Shown in pieces: positions 26,801 to 35,032 of a DNA stretch of 64,000 bases. The first letter of the stretch is position 1, and every line of letters begins with the position of its first letter. The notes beneath the pieces are model-generated. The model ran no database searches. It was not told the origin of the DNA and was given only the letters and a program-made list of their open reading frames with translations. Origin of the DNA: a virus; the IMG/VR virus record IMGVR_UViG_3300047457_001149, positions 1 through 64,000 of that record; one strand, written 5' to 3'. A program made the translations under genes and the position numbers.

Positions 26801-27230
26801 GGCGGAGCGGCAGGCGGTCAATTTCAAGATCCAGGCGACCAACAGCGACATCGTCATGATGGTGCTCTGCTGGGTGTCTGAGGTCATTGAACGCGATCTG
26901 AAAGGCCGCCTCTTGCTGACCGTGCACGACTCAATCGGATTTCAGGTGCCGAAGAAGTACGCGCATCAAGTCCCTGAGATCTTCAAGAAGTACGGCACGG
27001 ACCGCGTCGCTGAGGCTTGCCCCTGGCTGCCCGTTCCCTATCGGTGGGACGTTGAGCTCGGTCCGAACTACGGCGACGTCATCGGCGCAGACAAGTACAT
27101 CGCCAAGCTTCCGGCGGCCCTCCCTGAGCCGGAGCTTGACGGGTACACCGACGAGGAGATCTTCGACGATCTCCGCGACCCAGAGGCGCACGACCTCGCG
27201 CCTCTCACCAAGCCGCGAGAAGCGGCGTAG
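23832..27230 (+). CDS. polA: Family A DNA polymerase with N-terminal UDG-like domain and 3'-5' exonuclease
   Basis: DTET, NAKYD, YAAVDA exonuclease motifs; TGRLSS, NNQNIP, KRLVFGMLYG, NFKIQ, TVHDS; N-terminal VVIVGD, YAVKC. Confidence 0.93.
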   Translation: MPTVTLAEPPPPFHCSVCAKPELVNKAGPGCVACPAFKGAHYYPQSEGSDIADVVIVGDVPSPPRLVVLDGKQVEAPEIFHQSFKDDGARVLKNAIREVQRKSPDQFGNLNFRYVYAVKCAVDSPSKAAITACRTPLKAELNRVASFRNPDGLDKHLTVLACGVPALHALGVPVRSEKEASGRVFDNVPFGDVRLTVIFTRSLKALAVAVGKYSSLLADVERAMRIATKAEVRTLPQEEVEKDYVYPKTLDEVKALVQHVFHYTGDANVSSMDWKISFDTETNTLHPHWSGTKLVAVSFAWDTGKAATVALWHHETPYDPQAAYEEVCWLLRSGKPVVWFNAKYDFKVFWRLGWPQGPVGNISWDVFLGEHVLEEDKKGQYNLKYLTKQDLPFLAGYEDKLHDVLEKNDSAPLSTVKVSETKTVKLPQAVADALQRCIDAKFIKSANFRATTMTKLLSSAETTAEQKADVQILVNAKANGEFTEKAEKAAKKEKKQQGGFENVPLKEMYFYAAVDADATRRLYVKQRHRMADEDDKFARWREQVDTEIRFGPPNSELSAYRVEVLCSNDSPLERLVREDYLPRQTQLAKIEFNGINIDQSYREWGERALDNTINATTEKIYELCGESFKLGSAKKLATFLFEGGAGYIHPDPELARQIAEENPQTVRYVGGRMMFRSQHYTLKGQMQTSEAVLKHLVARYRCPLANLLMTLKKADKARNSFFKNIGVLSNMFGDGHIHPGYNLTGTSTGRLSSSSGVDGVGFNNQNIPKGMLGALKDARGALVLNGEGKPVFDGVKCKRLFLPDDDSYCFGNADAKGAEVSIFAGYSKDNALTAALIDGMDAHCFFASQCLNPDLVAAGLSGEDRRLALAKASIDDDHAWSYEDFLKGKDDLLEDKAYGKRLKALRDNIKRLVFGMLYGAGVKKVADIAGINLELAKKIQELLFSKFPTIKSFIDQTIWEMRMFGIVETYHGRRRRFSLGKSAPSSLRSKAERQAVNFKIQATNSDIVMMVLCWVSEVIERDLKGRLLLTVHDSIGFQVPKKYAHQVPEIFKKYGTDRVAEACPWLPVPYRWDVELGPNYGDVIGADKYIAKLPAALPEPELDGYTDEEIFDDLRDPEAHDLAPLTKPREAA

Positions 27231-27237
27231 GAGCCCC

Positions 27238-27825
27238 ATGTACAAGAAGTCTTCTGGCCTGCCTGACCTTGCCTTCGTCGATGTCGAGACGCTGGGGCTG
27301 AACCCGGAGAAGCACCGCGTCATTGAGATCGCGGTGTCGAGGGTTCCGTTCGACGTCAAGAAGTGGCCGGCCTCGCCAGAGATTCTGGTGAGGCGGTTCA
27401 CGCCATCGGCTGAAGACTTGGCGCAGGCAGAGCCAGGAGCGCTTCGCGTCAACGGGTATCACGCGGGACACCCAGAGTGGTCCGACGCCGTGCCCGACCA
27501 GAAGGGCGCTTGGCAGATGCTCAACTCGCTCGTCCTCCGAGACGCCGTGCTCGTCAGCCAGAACGTCCCCTTCGACCGGGGCTTCATGGAGGCCGAGCTC
27601 CGACGGGCCGGCGTGACAAACCCTTTCTGGGCTCGCCGCTTCATCGACATCCAGAGCTACTCCGCGCTCATCGCGATGGAGAAGGGTCTCAGCAAGTGGG
27701 GTCTGCACGACGTCTACTCGGCGCTCGGACTGCCTGCTTTGCAGGAACACCGCGCGGCGGCGGACGTTCAGCGCGGCATGGCGGTGTTCGAGTACGTCTA
27801 CGACCGGGTCATGAAAACGGCGTAA
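27238..27825 (+). CDS. DEDDh 3'-5' exonuclease (DnaQ-like)
   Basis: DVETLG, QNVPFD, HRAAAD; AGGAG RBS before ATG 27238. Confidence 0.9.
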   Translation: MYKKSSGLPDLAFVDVETLGLNPEKHRVIEIAVSRVPFDVKKWPASPEILVRRFTPSAEDLAQAEPGALRVNGYHAGHPEWSDAVPDQKGAWQMLNSLVLRDAVLVSQNVPFDRGFMEAELRRAGVTNPFWARRFIDIQSYSALIAMEKGLSKWGLHDVYSALGLPALQEHRAAADVQRGMAVFEYVYDRVMKTA

Positions 27826-27858
27826 ACGCGGGTATAAGGCAGTATGGACAACCATCTG
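27697..27858 (+). repeat. Repeat A copy 1 (exonuclease 3' end + GGGTATAAGG + MDNHL start)
   Basis: Diverged copy at 28239-28361. Confidence 0.85.
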
Positions 27859-28167
27859 TCTGAAGCGCGTCGAATCGTTCTCAAAACCCTGTCTATCTGG
27901 GCCTCCGGACTTAACGGTCCGGAGGCAAAGGCTCTGGCGGCGGCGGCATCGCCGGAAGAGCTGTCGTCCGCGTACGCGAAGGTTATCGCCTTCGCGGACG
28001 AGCACTACAGGCGCGGGCGCGGGTGGGCCTACCGCCGCGACGCAGAGCGGAGCTACTTCGCCGCAAAAAAAGCGGTCGAGTGGCTCGACCGCGCACCTTC
28101 GTACCGCGAGCTGGATGACTGGGGGTCTCGCGTGTACCGCGAGACCTGCATCGCTCGCTGCTCGTAA
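27844..28167 (+). CDS. Cassette cargo gene 1, hypothetical
   Basis: 107 aa between the repeated promoter and repeated terminator. Confidence 0.7.
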   Translation: MDNHLSEARRIVLKTLSIWASGLNGPEAKALAAAASPEELSSAYAKVIAFADEHYRRGRGWAYRRDAERSYFAAKKAVEWLDRAPSYRELDDWGSRVYRETCIARCS

Positions 28168-28238
28168 GACCTCCGTCCTGGAGGCACCGCCCCGCGCCGT
28201 TCGGCGCGGCCAAAGGGGCGGTTTCTTTGGCCGTCAAT
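28164..28238 (+). terminator. Repeat B copy 1: structured terminator-like element
   Basis: CCTCC/GGAGG hairpin, ACCGCCCC...GGGGCGGT stem plus T tract; near-identical to 29209-29284. Confidence 0.8.
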
Positions 28239-28361
28239 TGGGGCCTGCACGACGTCTACGCTGCGCTCGGACTGCCGTGTTCAAGTACGTCTACGACCGC
28301 GTCATGAAAACGCCGTAAAAAAGGTGTTTTGCGGGTAAAAGGCAGTATGGGAAACCATCTG
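28239..28361 (+). repeat. Repeat A copy 2 (internally deleted exonuclease 3' remnant + GGGTAAAAGG + MGNHL start)
   Basis: Aligns to 27697-27858 with a ~49-nt deletion and several substitutions. Confidence 0.85.
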
Positions 28362-28880
28362 CCTTCCTGGGCGGCGTCGGAGCTCGTGCTCCGCGCCATC
28401 GACAACACCATCGCCGCGCCCAAGCAGGGCGCGGCGTACTTCCGGCGCCCCGCCGGAAGTTACATCCCCCACCTCGCGGCGCTCCCCGCCGACGAGGAGG
28501 GCCCGCGCGCGGCGGGAGTCCTCCGCGAACTGGCCAGAGATGGCCAGTACGTGGAAGTGACCGAACAAGTGAGGAAGTCAGGCGCGTCCTTCGGGGCGTG
28601 CCGGTACTTCAGGGTCGAGGGCGTGGCCGGGGTGGAGGCAGCGTGCCTCCTCTCCGACCTCTCCGAAGACGAGCTCGGGCTGGTGCGCGCCCGCAAGGGC
28701 CACCACCAGCCCGAGCTGGTGGCCCCGGGCGTGCCCGCCCGGAACGTCAACTTCCTCCACGTCTGCGTGGGGGACCCGGGCAACCCGGGCAGCGAGATCG
28801 ACCCCGCTACGGCGGTGGTCTACTTCTGGGCCCCCGGGCGGGTCCTCCCGCCCGGGCTCACGGTCAAGCTCGACCGATGA
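28347..28880 (+). CDS. Cassette cargo gene 2, hypothetical
   Basis: ATG 28347 in the repeated start context; very high GC. Confidence 0.7.
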   Translation: MGNHLPSWAASELVLRAIDNTIAAPKQGAAYFRRPAGSYIPHLAALPADEEGPRAAGVLRELARDGQYVEVTEQVRKSGASFGACRYFRVEGVAGVEAACLLSDLSEDELGLVRARKGHHQPELVAPGVPARNVNFLHVCVGDPGNPGSEIDPATAVVYFWAPGRVLPPGLTVKLDR

Positions 28881-29212
28881 CGCCCCCGGACGGTGTCCAG
28901 GGGTGGCTCGACTCCTTCGGGAGGCAAGCCCAAAAATGCGCGGCCAGCCGGGAGTGGACCCGGCTGGCCTGTAGCCTGACCATGCTGGGCGTCCCCGAGC
29001 CCGGTAATTGGATTGAAGACGTCAGCAATGACGTCGACCTCGCCTGGGTGGACGCGCACCCGGGCGAGTACGCGGCCCTCGTGGCCGATCTCATCCCGCG
29101 AGAGGCTCTCAAGCCCCTTGCGGCGGTGTTCGCGAGGGACGTGAAGACGTCCCGCATCTGCTCGCGGCCAGAGTATGCCGCGTTTCTCAGGGACTGGTTG
29201 AGGTCTCTGTAA
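28877..29212 (+). CDS. Cassette cargo gene 3, hypothetical
   Basis: ATGA-coupled start (MTPPDGVQGW); ends at repeat B copy 2. Confidence 0.65.
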   Translation: MTPPDGVQGWLDSFGRQAQKCAASREWTRLACSLTMLGVPEPGNWIEDVSNDVDLAWVDAHPGEYAALVADLIPREALKPLAAVFARDVKTSRICSRPEYAAFLRDWLRSL

Positions 29213-29284
29213 GCCCTCCGTCCTGGAGGCACCGCCCCGCGCCGTTCGGCGCGTCCAAAGGGGCGGTTTTCTTTGGCCGTCAAT
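29209..29284 (+). terminator. Repeat B copy 2
   Basis: As 28164-28238; abuts the stop of the convergent terminase gene. Confidence 0.8.
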
Positions 29285-31007
29285 CGTCGTCGATCGACGA
29301 CGTCAGGTTGATCTCGTTGTTCGCGATCTGCAGCGCCATCCTTGCGAAGTTGAGCGAGTGCAAGAAGTCATCAGGCTGGTTAGGCGCGTGCCGCCAGACC
29401 TTCCTCGTCGCTCCCGACTGACCGATGACCTCTTCGTACTCAGCCATGATGTCCTTGAACGGCTGGTCCATGACGTTCGAGGGTTCGCTGGGGAACTGAA
29501 ACTCCTTACGGATGAAGCTAGTCATCAGCGAGTCGATCGAGATCGTTCGGTTCACCGTCACGAACTTCCCCTTCCGGTTCCAGCTCATGTAAGCGGCGGC
29601 GTTGCCGGAGTACCGAAACTTGATCACGCGCTGCGGGTTCTGGATCTTGTTGCGGAGCATGTCCATCGACATATTGCCCTCGCCCGCGTCGCCGCCGATG
29701 AACATCTTGTAGTGCGTCGTTCGGTCATAGAGCGCCAGCGTCTCGAAGATCTCTTCAAACTCGCTGAGCGGGGACGTGCCAGGGAAGATCTTGAAGTAGA
29801 GGAGGCGCGTCCGTCCAAGCCCCATCTTCCCGATGATGGTCATCACCGTGCGGGACTTGATCTGCACGCCCCCGTCGCCCGTGGTGATCGCCGTTCCGCC
29901 GCCGGACCAGTCAAGGCCGACTGCGATCTTCGTCACTTGGCTGAGGTTCTCTCTTGTCGGCGTGCGGCTGATGAGCGGCCCGTCGCAAGCGACTTGAAGC
30001 ATCTCCTTGCTGACCAGCCGGCGCCCCTGCGAGTCGCTGATACCGAGAACCTCATTTCGAAAGACCGAGATTGGGTACGCCGAGGCGCCCTCAAGGTTCT
30101 GTAGGACGTCCTTCTTCCATTTTGACAGAGCCGCGTCCCTCTGCGGCCCCTCTGGCCACGCCGCCGGCACGTACTGCGGCATGATGAGGCGCGAGATGTG
30201 ATACCCCTTCGTCTGATACACCTGTCCATCCTCATCAGGAGGCAGGCGGTGCATGTCTACCCAGACGCCTTCGCGCGGGTTCAGGTACTTGTCGCAGCTC
30301 TTACAGACCGGGCCGCGCCGCCCTACCTGAGTCTCGCTGACGAGGATCGAGTGCTTGCCGCATCCGGGACACTTGACCGCCCACTCGGTCTGGCTCGACG
30401 CTTCCCAGAGGTGTTCGATCCCGTTCTCCATCGACTTCGGCGTGCCGCAGTAAGTCTCGTAGGAGCCCCGCTTCGACGCCGCCAGGCACTCTTTGATCAC
30501 CGGCAGGATTACGTCGAGTGACATGTCCTGCACCTCGTCGAGCATCAGCCGGTCGCAAGAGCGGCCACGGCATCGGTCGGCGTCGTCCGAGGCGTAGCTG
30601 AACTCGATCTGCGACCCGTGCGAGAAGTAGCGCGCGAGCACGCGATTGGTGGTGTCGGTGTCGACGAAGATGTCCCGGACCAGCGGGGAGAAGAGGATGA
30701 ACTTCCCGACGCGCGAGACCGAGAAGGTCTGCGTCTGCTCTTTGGTCGGCGCGATGAAGAAGGTCTTGAAGTGCGGGATCGCCAGACACTCGCCGATGGC
30801 GAAGGTCGAGAGCGTCATGCTCTTGCCGACCTGCCGGCAAGTCTTCAGGAGCATCTTCTGCGGAGAGGCGTCGTAGACCGCCCGAAACATCGGGTAGTCT
30901 GTCAGGCTGAACTGCTTGCCCTCCCAGACGAGGAGCTTCTCCGCGAACTGCGACCGCGTCCCGGCCAGAATCTTCTTGATGTTAGATGGAGTGCTGGAGG
31001 TCTGCAT
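29280..31007 (-). CDS. Terminase large subunit (GpA-like)
   Basis: RQVGKS Walker A, LMLDE Walker B, GTP coupling motif, CPGC/CKSC, GLDW and PDDFLH nuclease motifs. Confidence 0.9.
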   Translation of the reverse strand: MQTSSTPSNIKKILAGTRSQFAEKLLVWEGKQFSLTDYPMFRAVYDASPQKMLLKTCRQVGKSMTLSTFAIGECLAIPHFKTFFIAPTKEQTQTFSVSRVGKFILFSPLVRDIFVDTDTTNRVLARYFSHGSQIEFSYASDDADRCRGRSCDRLMLDEVQDMSLDVILPVIKECLAASKRGSYETYCGTPKSMENGIEHLWEASSQTEWAVKCPGCGKHSILVSETQVGRRGPVCKSCDKYLNPREGVWVDMHRLPPDEDGQVYQTKGYHISRLIMPQYVPAAWPEGPQRDAALSKWKKDVLQNLEGASAYPISVFRNEVLGISDSQGRRLVSKEMLQVACDGPLISRTPTRENLSQVTKIAVGLDWSGGGTAITTGDGGVQIKSRTVMTIIGKMGLGRTRLLYFKIFPGTSPLSEFEEIFETLALYDRTTHYKMFIGGDAGEGNMSMDMLRNKIQNPQRVIKFRYSGNAAAYMSWNRKGKFVTVNRTISIDSLMTSFIRKEFQFPSEPSNVMDQPFKDIMAEYEEVIGQSGATRKVWRHAPNQPDDFLHSLNFARMALQIANNEINLTSSIDDD

Positions 31008-31665
31008 TCTGTCGTGATCGGCGGTCCATCCGCTCCGTCACGTACAGGAGGCACTCGATCAGACGATGCACCTGGGCGTCGACGGCGGACTTTGGCTCGC
31101 CCTGCAGCATACGCCGTAAAGCGTCCAAAGGCATCTTCTCGACCGTCTGCCACTCTTTGCGGGCGCGCGCCGGGAGATCTTTCTCCCCGACGAGCAGGGT
31201 GTCGAGCACGTCCTGGCAAAAGGCGAGCTCCTTCGGCGCCAGCGCGAGACCTTCGTCGTGCAGCACTACGGCGATGGCCGGGTCGATCGTGTCGGGGTCG
31301 AAGCCGTCGTCCTCGGTGAAGGTGTGGTCGGTGAGCGCGGTGAGCTCGCGGACCACCCAGCAAAGCTGCTCGGGCGTCGGGTGGTGGATCGCCTCGCCAG
31401 AAGCGGAGACGCCGTCGCAGGCCAAGGCCAGGGCGAAGAGCACGTCGTGGTCGTAGGTCCAAACCGGGCCAGTGACGACCGTCTGCGCGCCGAGCAGCTT
31501 GGCCATGAGCTCGTCAGTCGGCGGAATCTTCGCCCGCTCCAGCTCGATACGAATCGTGTCCGGCTCCCACGCAGGAAGGGTCAGTCCCAGAACCTTTTGC
31601 GCCGCGACCCAAGCGACGGACATCTCGACGTGCGGGTCGCGCAGGATTTCGGACGCGGCAGACAT
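30982..31665 (-). CDS. Hypothetical protein
   Basis: 227 aa in an operon upstream of the terminase. Confidence 0.75.
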   Translation of the reverse strand: MSAASEILRDPHVEMSVAWVAAQKVLGLTLPAWEPDTIRIELERAKIPPTDELMAKLLGAQTVVTGPVWTYDHDVLFALALACDGVSASGEAIHHPTPEQLCWVVRELTALTDHTFTEDDGFDPDTIDPAIAVVLHDEGLALAPKELAFCQDVLDTLLVGEKDLPARARKEWQTVEKMPLDALRRMLQGEPKSAVDAQVHRLIECLLYVTERMDRRSRQNADLQHSI

Positions 31666-32717
31666 CAGCCCGCGACCACCGGGACGCCAGCGGCCTTGAG
31701 GTGCCGGGCGAGGTCCTGCTTCATGTCCGCCGGGAGGGTGTTGATCACTTCAGCAACCTTCTGCGCGTCGACCCGACCGCCGGAGGCGATCTCGGAGACG
31801 ACATCAGGCCCGAGCGCGTCAGAGAAGAACGACGTCGGCAGCGACGCGAGCTTCGCGGTGTCGACGAGCTGCCCGCCGAGATCGAGCATGTTGGCAGCCA
31901 GCTTCACGGTCGAGTTGAAGACCGCCGCCACGGGATCCGGCACTCGACGGTCGTAGTGCTTGTCGAAGCCGGCCATGGCGTCGAGGTCTCCGATCGCTTC
32001 GGCGAGCTTCACGCGCGTCACCTGGTCGCGAAGGCCGGCGCGGTCTTCGATCACCGCTCGGGCCATCTTGTTGAAGGCCTCCTTCACTTCCGCCTGCTTT
32101 GCCATCGTCGCGCGCGACGCCAGCGTCTCCGCGAGCTTCTGGCGATCCGTCACGGCCAGCCCCGACCACTTGAGCGACTCGGGCTTGAGCGAGACGTCGT
32201 GGCGCTCCGCCGCCTCCGCGAGCTTCGCGAAGGCGTTGGCGCGCGTCTCCGGCCGCATCCGGCGGTACTGCTCAAGCAGGCGCTCTTCGGCGACCTTGAC
32301 CTCTTCGGCGTCGCGGACCGGGTAGAGGCGCTCCTCCGGGAAGATGCACTCGTCGGGATCGAACTCCGCGACCTTCTCTTCGACCGGCGCGAGGTAGTCG
32401 ACTGGGATGCCGTACGCGTCGAGGGCCTCCTCGATCTCAGCGACGACCTCCTTCGGCACCAGCGGCACGCGCCGCCCCTCAGAGGCGATCTTGGTCTGCT
32501 CCGCCCCGTGCTTGGCGTAGAGGTACGAAACGACCGCGTGCTCCGGCGTGTGCACCGGGAAGCTCGATCGATCCGGCCACGCGAAGGCGGACGCGGGGAT
32601 CTGGTCTCGCCGATCCTCGAACGAGGCGTGCTTGACGAGGTCATACGCGCCGGGATGGCGGTGGAAGAGCATCTGAAGGGTCGAGTGGCCCGGGTCGTTG
32701 TAGAGGTCCATCGTCAC
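31665..32717 (-). CDS. Putative head-assembly protein, very rich in K-x-A motifs
   Basis: VKHAS, TKIAS, EKVAE, VKVAE, AKLAE, QKLAE, AKQAE, NKMAR, VKLAE, VKLAA, AKLAS, QKVAE; duplicated FPV/YPV module. Confidence 0.7.
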   Translation of the reverse strand: MTMDLYNDPGHSTLQMLFHRHPGAYDLVKHASFEDRRDQIPASAFAWPDRSSFPVHTPEHAVVSYLYAKHGAEQTKIASEGRRVPLVPKEVVAEIEEALDAYGIPVDYLAPVEEKVAEFDPDECIFPEERLYPVRDAEEVKVAEERLLEQYRRMRPETRANAFAKLAEAAERHDVSLKPESLKWSGLAVTDRQKLAETLASRATMAKQAEVKEAFNKMARAVIEDRAGLRDQVTRVKLAEAIGDLDAMAGFDKHYDRRVPDPVAAVFNSTVKLAANMLDLGGQLVDTAKLASLPTSFFSDALGPDVVSEIASGGRVDAQKVAEVINTLPADMKQDLARHLKAAGVPVVAG

Positions 32718-33721
32718 ACCGTGTTGGGGTTAAAGGTAGGGCAGACGGCGTAAACGGAGGCGAGCGCCGCTCGCTCTGCCGCTTGGGCCGCGTTGACGTT
32801 ATTCTGCGCCGTCAGCGCGTCGTTGGCCAGCGTCTGGCATCGGGCCTGACAGGCGGTCACTCGCCGCGCGTAGTCGTCTCGTTGCGACGTCTTGGTGGTG
32901 AGGAGCGCCTGATAGGAGCGCGCGTCGCCGACGTAGCTTCCCTGTTGGAGGACGAAGTTCTTGGCGTTCGTCGAAGCGACGCCGGTCCCGCCCGTGACCG
33001 TCTCGGTGATGCCACTGACTACGCCGCGCGCTGTCTCCAGAAAGGCAACGTCCGTGACGAGAAAGTTGTAGATCTCGCGCGTCGCCAGACAGTTTTGATC
33101 GCACTCGTTCGCGGCCGTGACGGCGGCGTCGCGAGTGGCTTCGGCCGCCACTCGCGCGTCGCGCGCCGCGACGTACGCCGCCGTGCGCTCTGCCTCGACC
33201 GAGGCGCTCGCCTGCGGCAGCGCATACTGCTGCGAGGGATTGGTCGCGAACGCCGTAAATGAGGTTCGCCACTCAGTAACCAGCGACGAGAGCCTCGCGA
33301 TGATCTGCCGGTAGGCAGCGTCTGCGGTCGTCAGGTTGTCGTAGATGAGCGTGCAGGAGCGTGAGAGGTAGACGGTGCGTCCGGTCTGTACGGCGTGCAC
33401 CCGGTCGCGGGGCAGCTCGGTGATGTCGTTGATGTTGGCGATACGAACGAAGGTGTCCGGCGGCACGATCAGCACGTCGCTGGAGACAACCCGGATGTAC
33501 CTTGGCGCGGACGGGTCGGTCTGGCGGATGTCGAAGGGCGTAGCGATCCGCGCGAGCACGTCGGATCGAGGATCGGCCGTGTTCACGATCGTCAGGACAA
33601 AGAGGTCGGGGAAAGGGAGGTCGCCGCGATCTGTGATCGTAGACGTCACCTCAAGCTTCACCGACCCGTCGCCGAGCGTGATGGCTCGGCGAACCTGCGT
33701 GACGTAGGGGATCGTGCTCAC
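32714..33721 (-). CDS. Putative virion structural protein with C-terminal coiled coil
   Basis: Thr/Ala-rich; shares a motif with the next two genes. Confidence 0.6.
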   Translation of the reverse strand: MSTIPYVTQVRRAITLGDGSVKLEVTSTITDRGDLPFPDLFVLTIVNTADPRSDVLARIATPFDIRQTDPSAPRYIRVVSSDVLIVPPDTFVRIANINDITELPRDRVHAVQTGRTVYLSRSCTLIYDNLTTADAAYRQIIARLSSLVTEWRTSFTAFATNPSQQYALPQASASVEAERTAAYVAARDARVAAEATRDAAVTAANECDQNCLATREIYNFLVTDVAFLETARGVVSGITETVTGGTGVASTNAKNFVLQQGSYVGDARSYQALLTTKTSQRDDYARRVTACQARCQTLANDALTAQNNVNAAQAAERAALASVYAVCPTFNPNTV

Positions 33722-34110
33722 GGCGACTCCGAGTTGTACACGTAAGCGGTCTCGCCGCCAAAGGTCGTGTTGGTGCTCGTCGCCCAGAGGCGCGTGAGGA
33801 TGTCTACCCGCGCGCGGGTTACAGCGGCGAAGGCTGACGCCTGCCCCTTGTTGTCAAAGCTTCTCGTGAACTCCGCCGCGCGGTAGTACGGCTTGTAGGC
33901 GTCGAGCGCCTCGCTGCGCGACGGAGGCCAAGAGAGCATGTCAGCCACCAGCGCGACGTGCTGGTAGGTGTCCGTCGCCACGTCGAGCACGAAGATCTCG
34001 GGCGCGATGTCGCCGGTCGCGACGACCCGAAAGGTCACGTCGTACAGGCTCGCGTCGGGCGGGTCCCGAGGAATGACTTCCTCTTTTTGGCTAAGACTGA
34101 TCCACGCCAT
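33718..34110 (-). CDS. Putative virion structural protein
   Basis: 130 aa, coupled; shared motif. Confidence 0.6.
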   Translation of the reverse strand: MAWISLSQKEEVIPRDPPDASLYDVTFRVVATGDIAPEIFVLDVATDTYQHVALVADMLSWPPSRSEALDAYKPYYRAAEFTRSFDNKGQASAFAAVTRARVDILTRLWATSTNTTFGGETAYVYNSESP

Positions 34111-34111
34111 G

Positions 34112-35032
34112 TCAGGGTCCGATCGTGTGCGTGATGGTGTTCAGGAACGCGGTCTGATTCTGCGTCGCCGCGCGCTGCAGCGCGTCTACTTGTTGCCGCG
34201 ACACGAGAAAGAGGTCTTCAACAGCCTGGGCGGTGGGGAGGATCTGCGTGAATCGAGTCGTCAGGCTGAGCGGCGTAGGGCTCGGCTCGCGGAAGGTCAC
34301 GCCGCTGTTGCCCGTCGCGAGCATCGTCGCGCCCTGCATGAGCTTCCATGTCAGGTTCGCCGCCGCGGTCGGAAAGTACTTCGGTTCGACGCCGGCCGGG
34401 ACCGCGCTCGGGTCGATCTTCACGAAGTAAAAAGCCCAGTTGCCGCTCACGCCCGGAGAGGTGAATGTCCGGTCAACTTGTGCAACATTACCCAAGTAGG
34501 ATACAATCCGAGCCCAGCCGTTGTTCCCAGGGTCGGTGAAGTTAGACAGGTACACCCAGCGCCCGATGTCGTCGGGGGAGAAGTTGTAGCTCGGAATGAC
34601 CAAGCCCACAGGTCCGCAAGAAGCGTCGCCGCCGGAGGCGCGGGTTTGTCGAGCTAGGACGGCGAATTCAGTGTCGGTGTAAGGAGCCTCGGAAGTGAGC
34701 CAGGTTGACGGAGGGTTAGTGAAGCCGACCGTCTGCCCCGGAACGACGGAGGCCAGCGCGACGTCTCCACCAACGCCACGAAGGTCGAGGCAGACGATAT
34801 TGCAGGGAGGCAGGTTTGTGACGTCGAGCAGCGTCGCGACGCGCTCAAAGGTCTCGAAGCCGCCAACCTGGCGGACGACGAACATGTAGGCGAAGTAAGA
34901 GGGGTCCGTCGCGATCGGCGGTGACCCTGGCGGTACGCTGATCGGAACAGTTACCGCCCACTGGATGGCTTGATAGCCTTCAGGGCGGATGTACCCCTTC
35001 TGCTGAATACGAAGGGTGACCGGAGTAGTCAT
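34112..35032 (-). CDS. Putative virion structural protein
   Basis: 306 aa; GAGGA RBS; shared motif. Confidence 0.6.
   Translation of the reverse strand: MTTPVTLRIQQKGYIRPEGYQAIQWAVTVPISVPPGSPPIATDPSYFAYMFVVRQVGGFETFERVATLLDVTNLPPCNIVCLDLRGVGGDVALASVVPGQTVGFTNPPSTWLTSEAPYTDTEFAVLARQTRASGGDASCGPVGLVIPSYNFSPDDIGRWVYLSNFTDPGNNGWARIVSYLGNVAQVDRTFTSPGVSGNWAFYFVKIDPSAVPAGVEPKYFPTAAANLTWKLMQGATMLATGNSGVTFREPSPTPLSLTTRFTQILPTAQAVEDLFLVSRQQVDALQRAATQNQTAFLNTITHTIGP

Noticed and set aside
27697-29284. Integron, IS element or diversity-generating retroelement behind the repeats
   Set aside because: No integrase, transposase or reverse transcriptase; no attC-like ends; mismatches are not adenine-specific.
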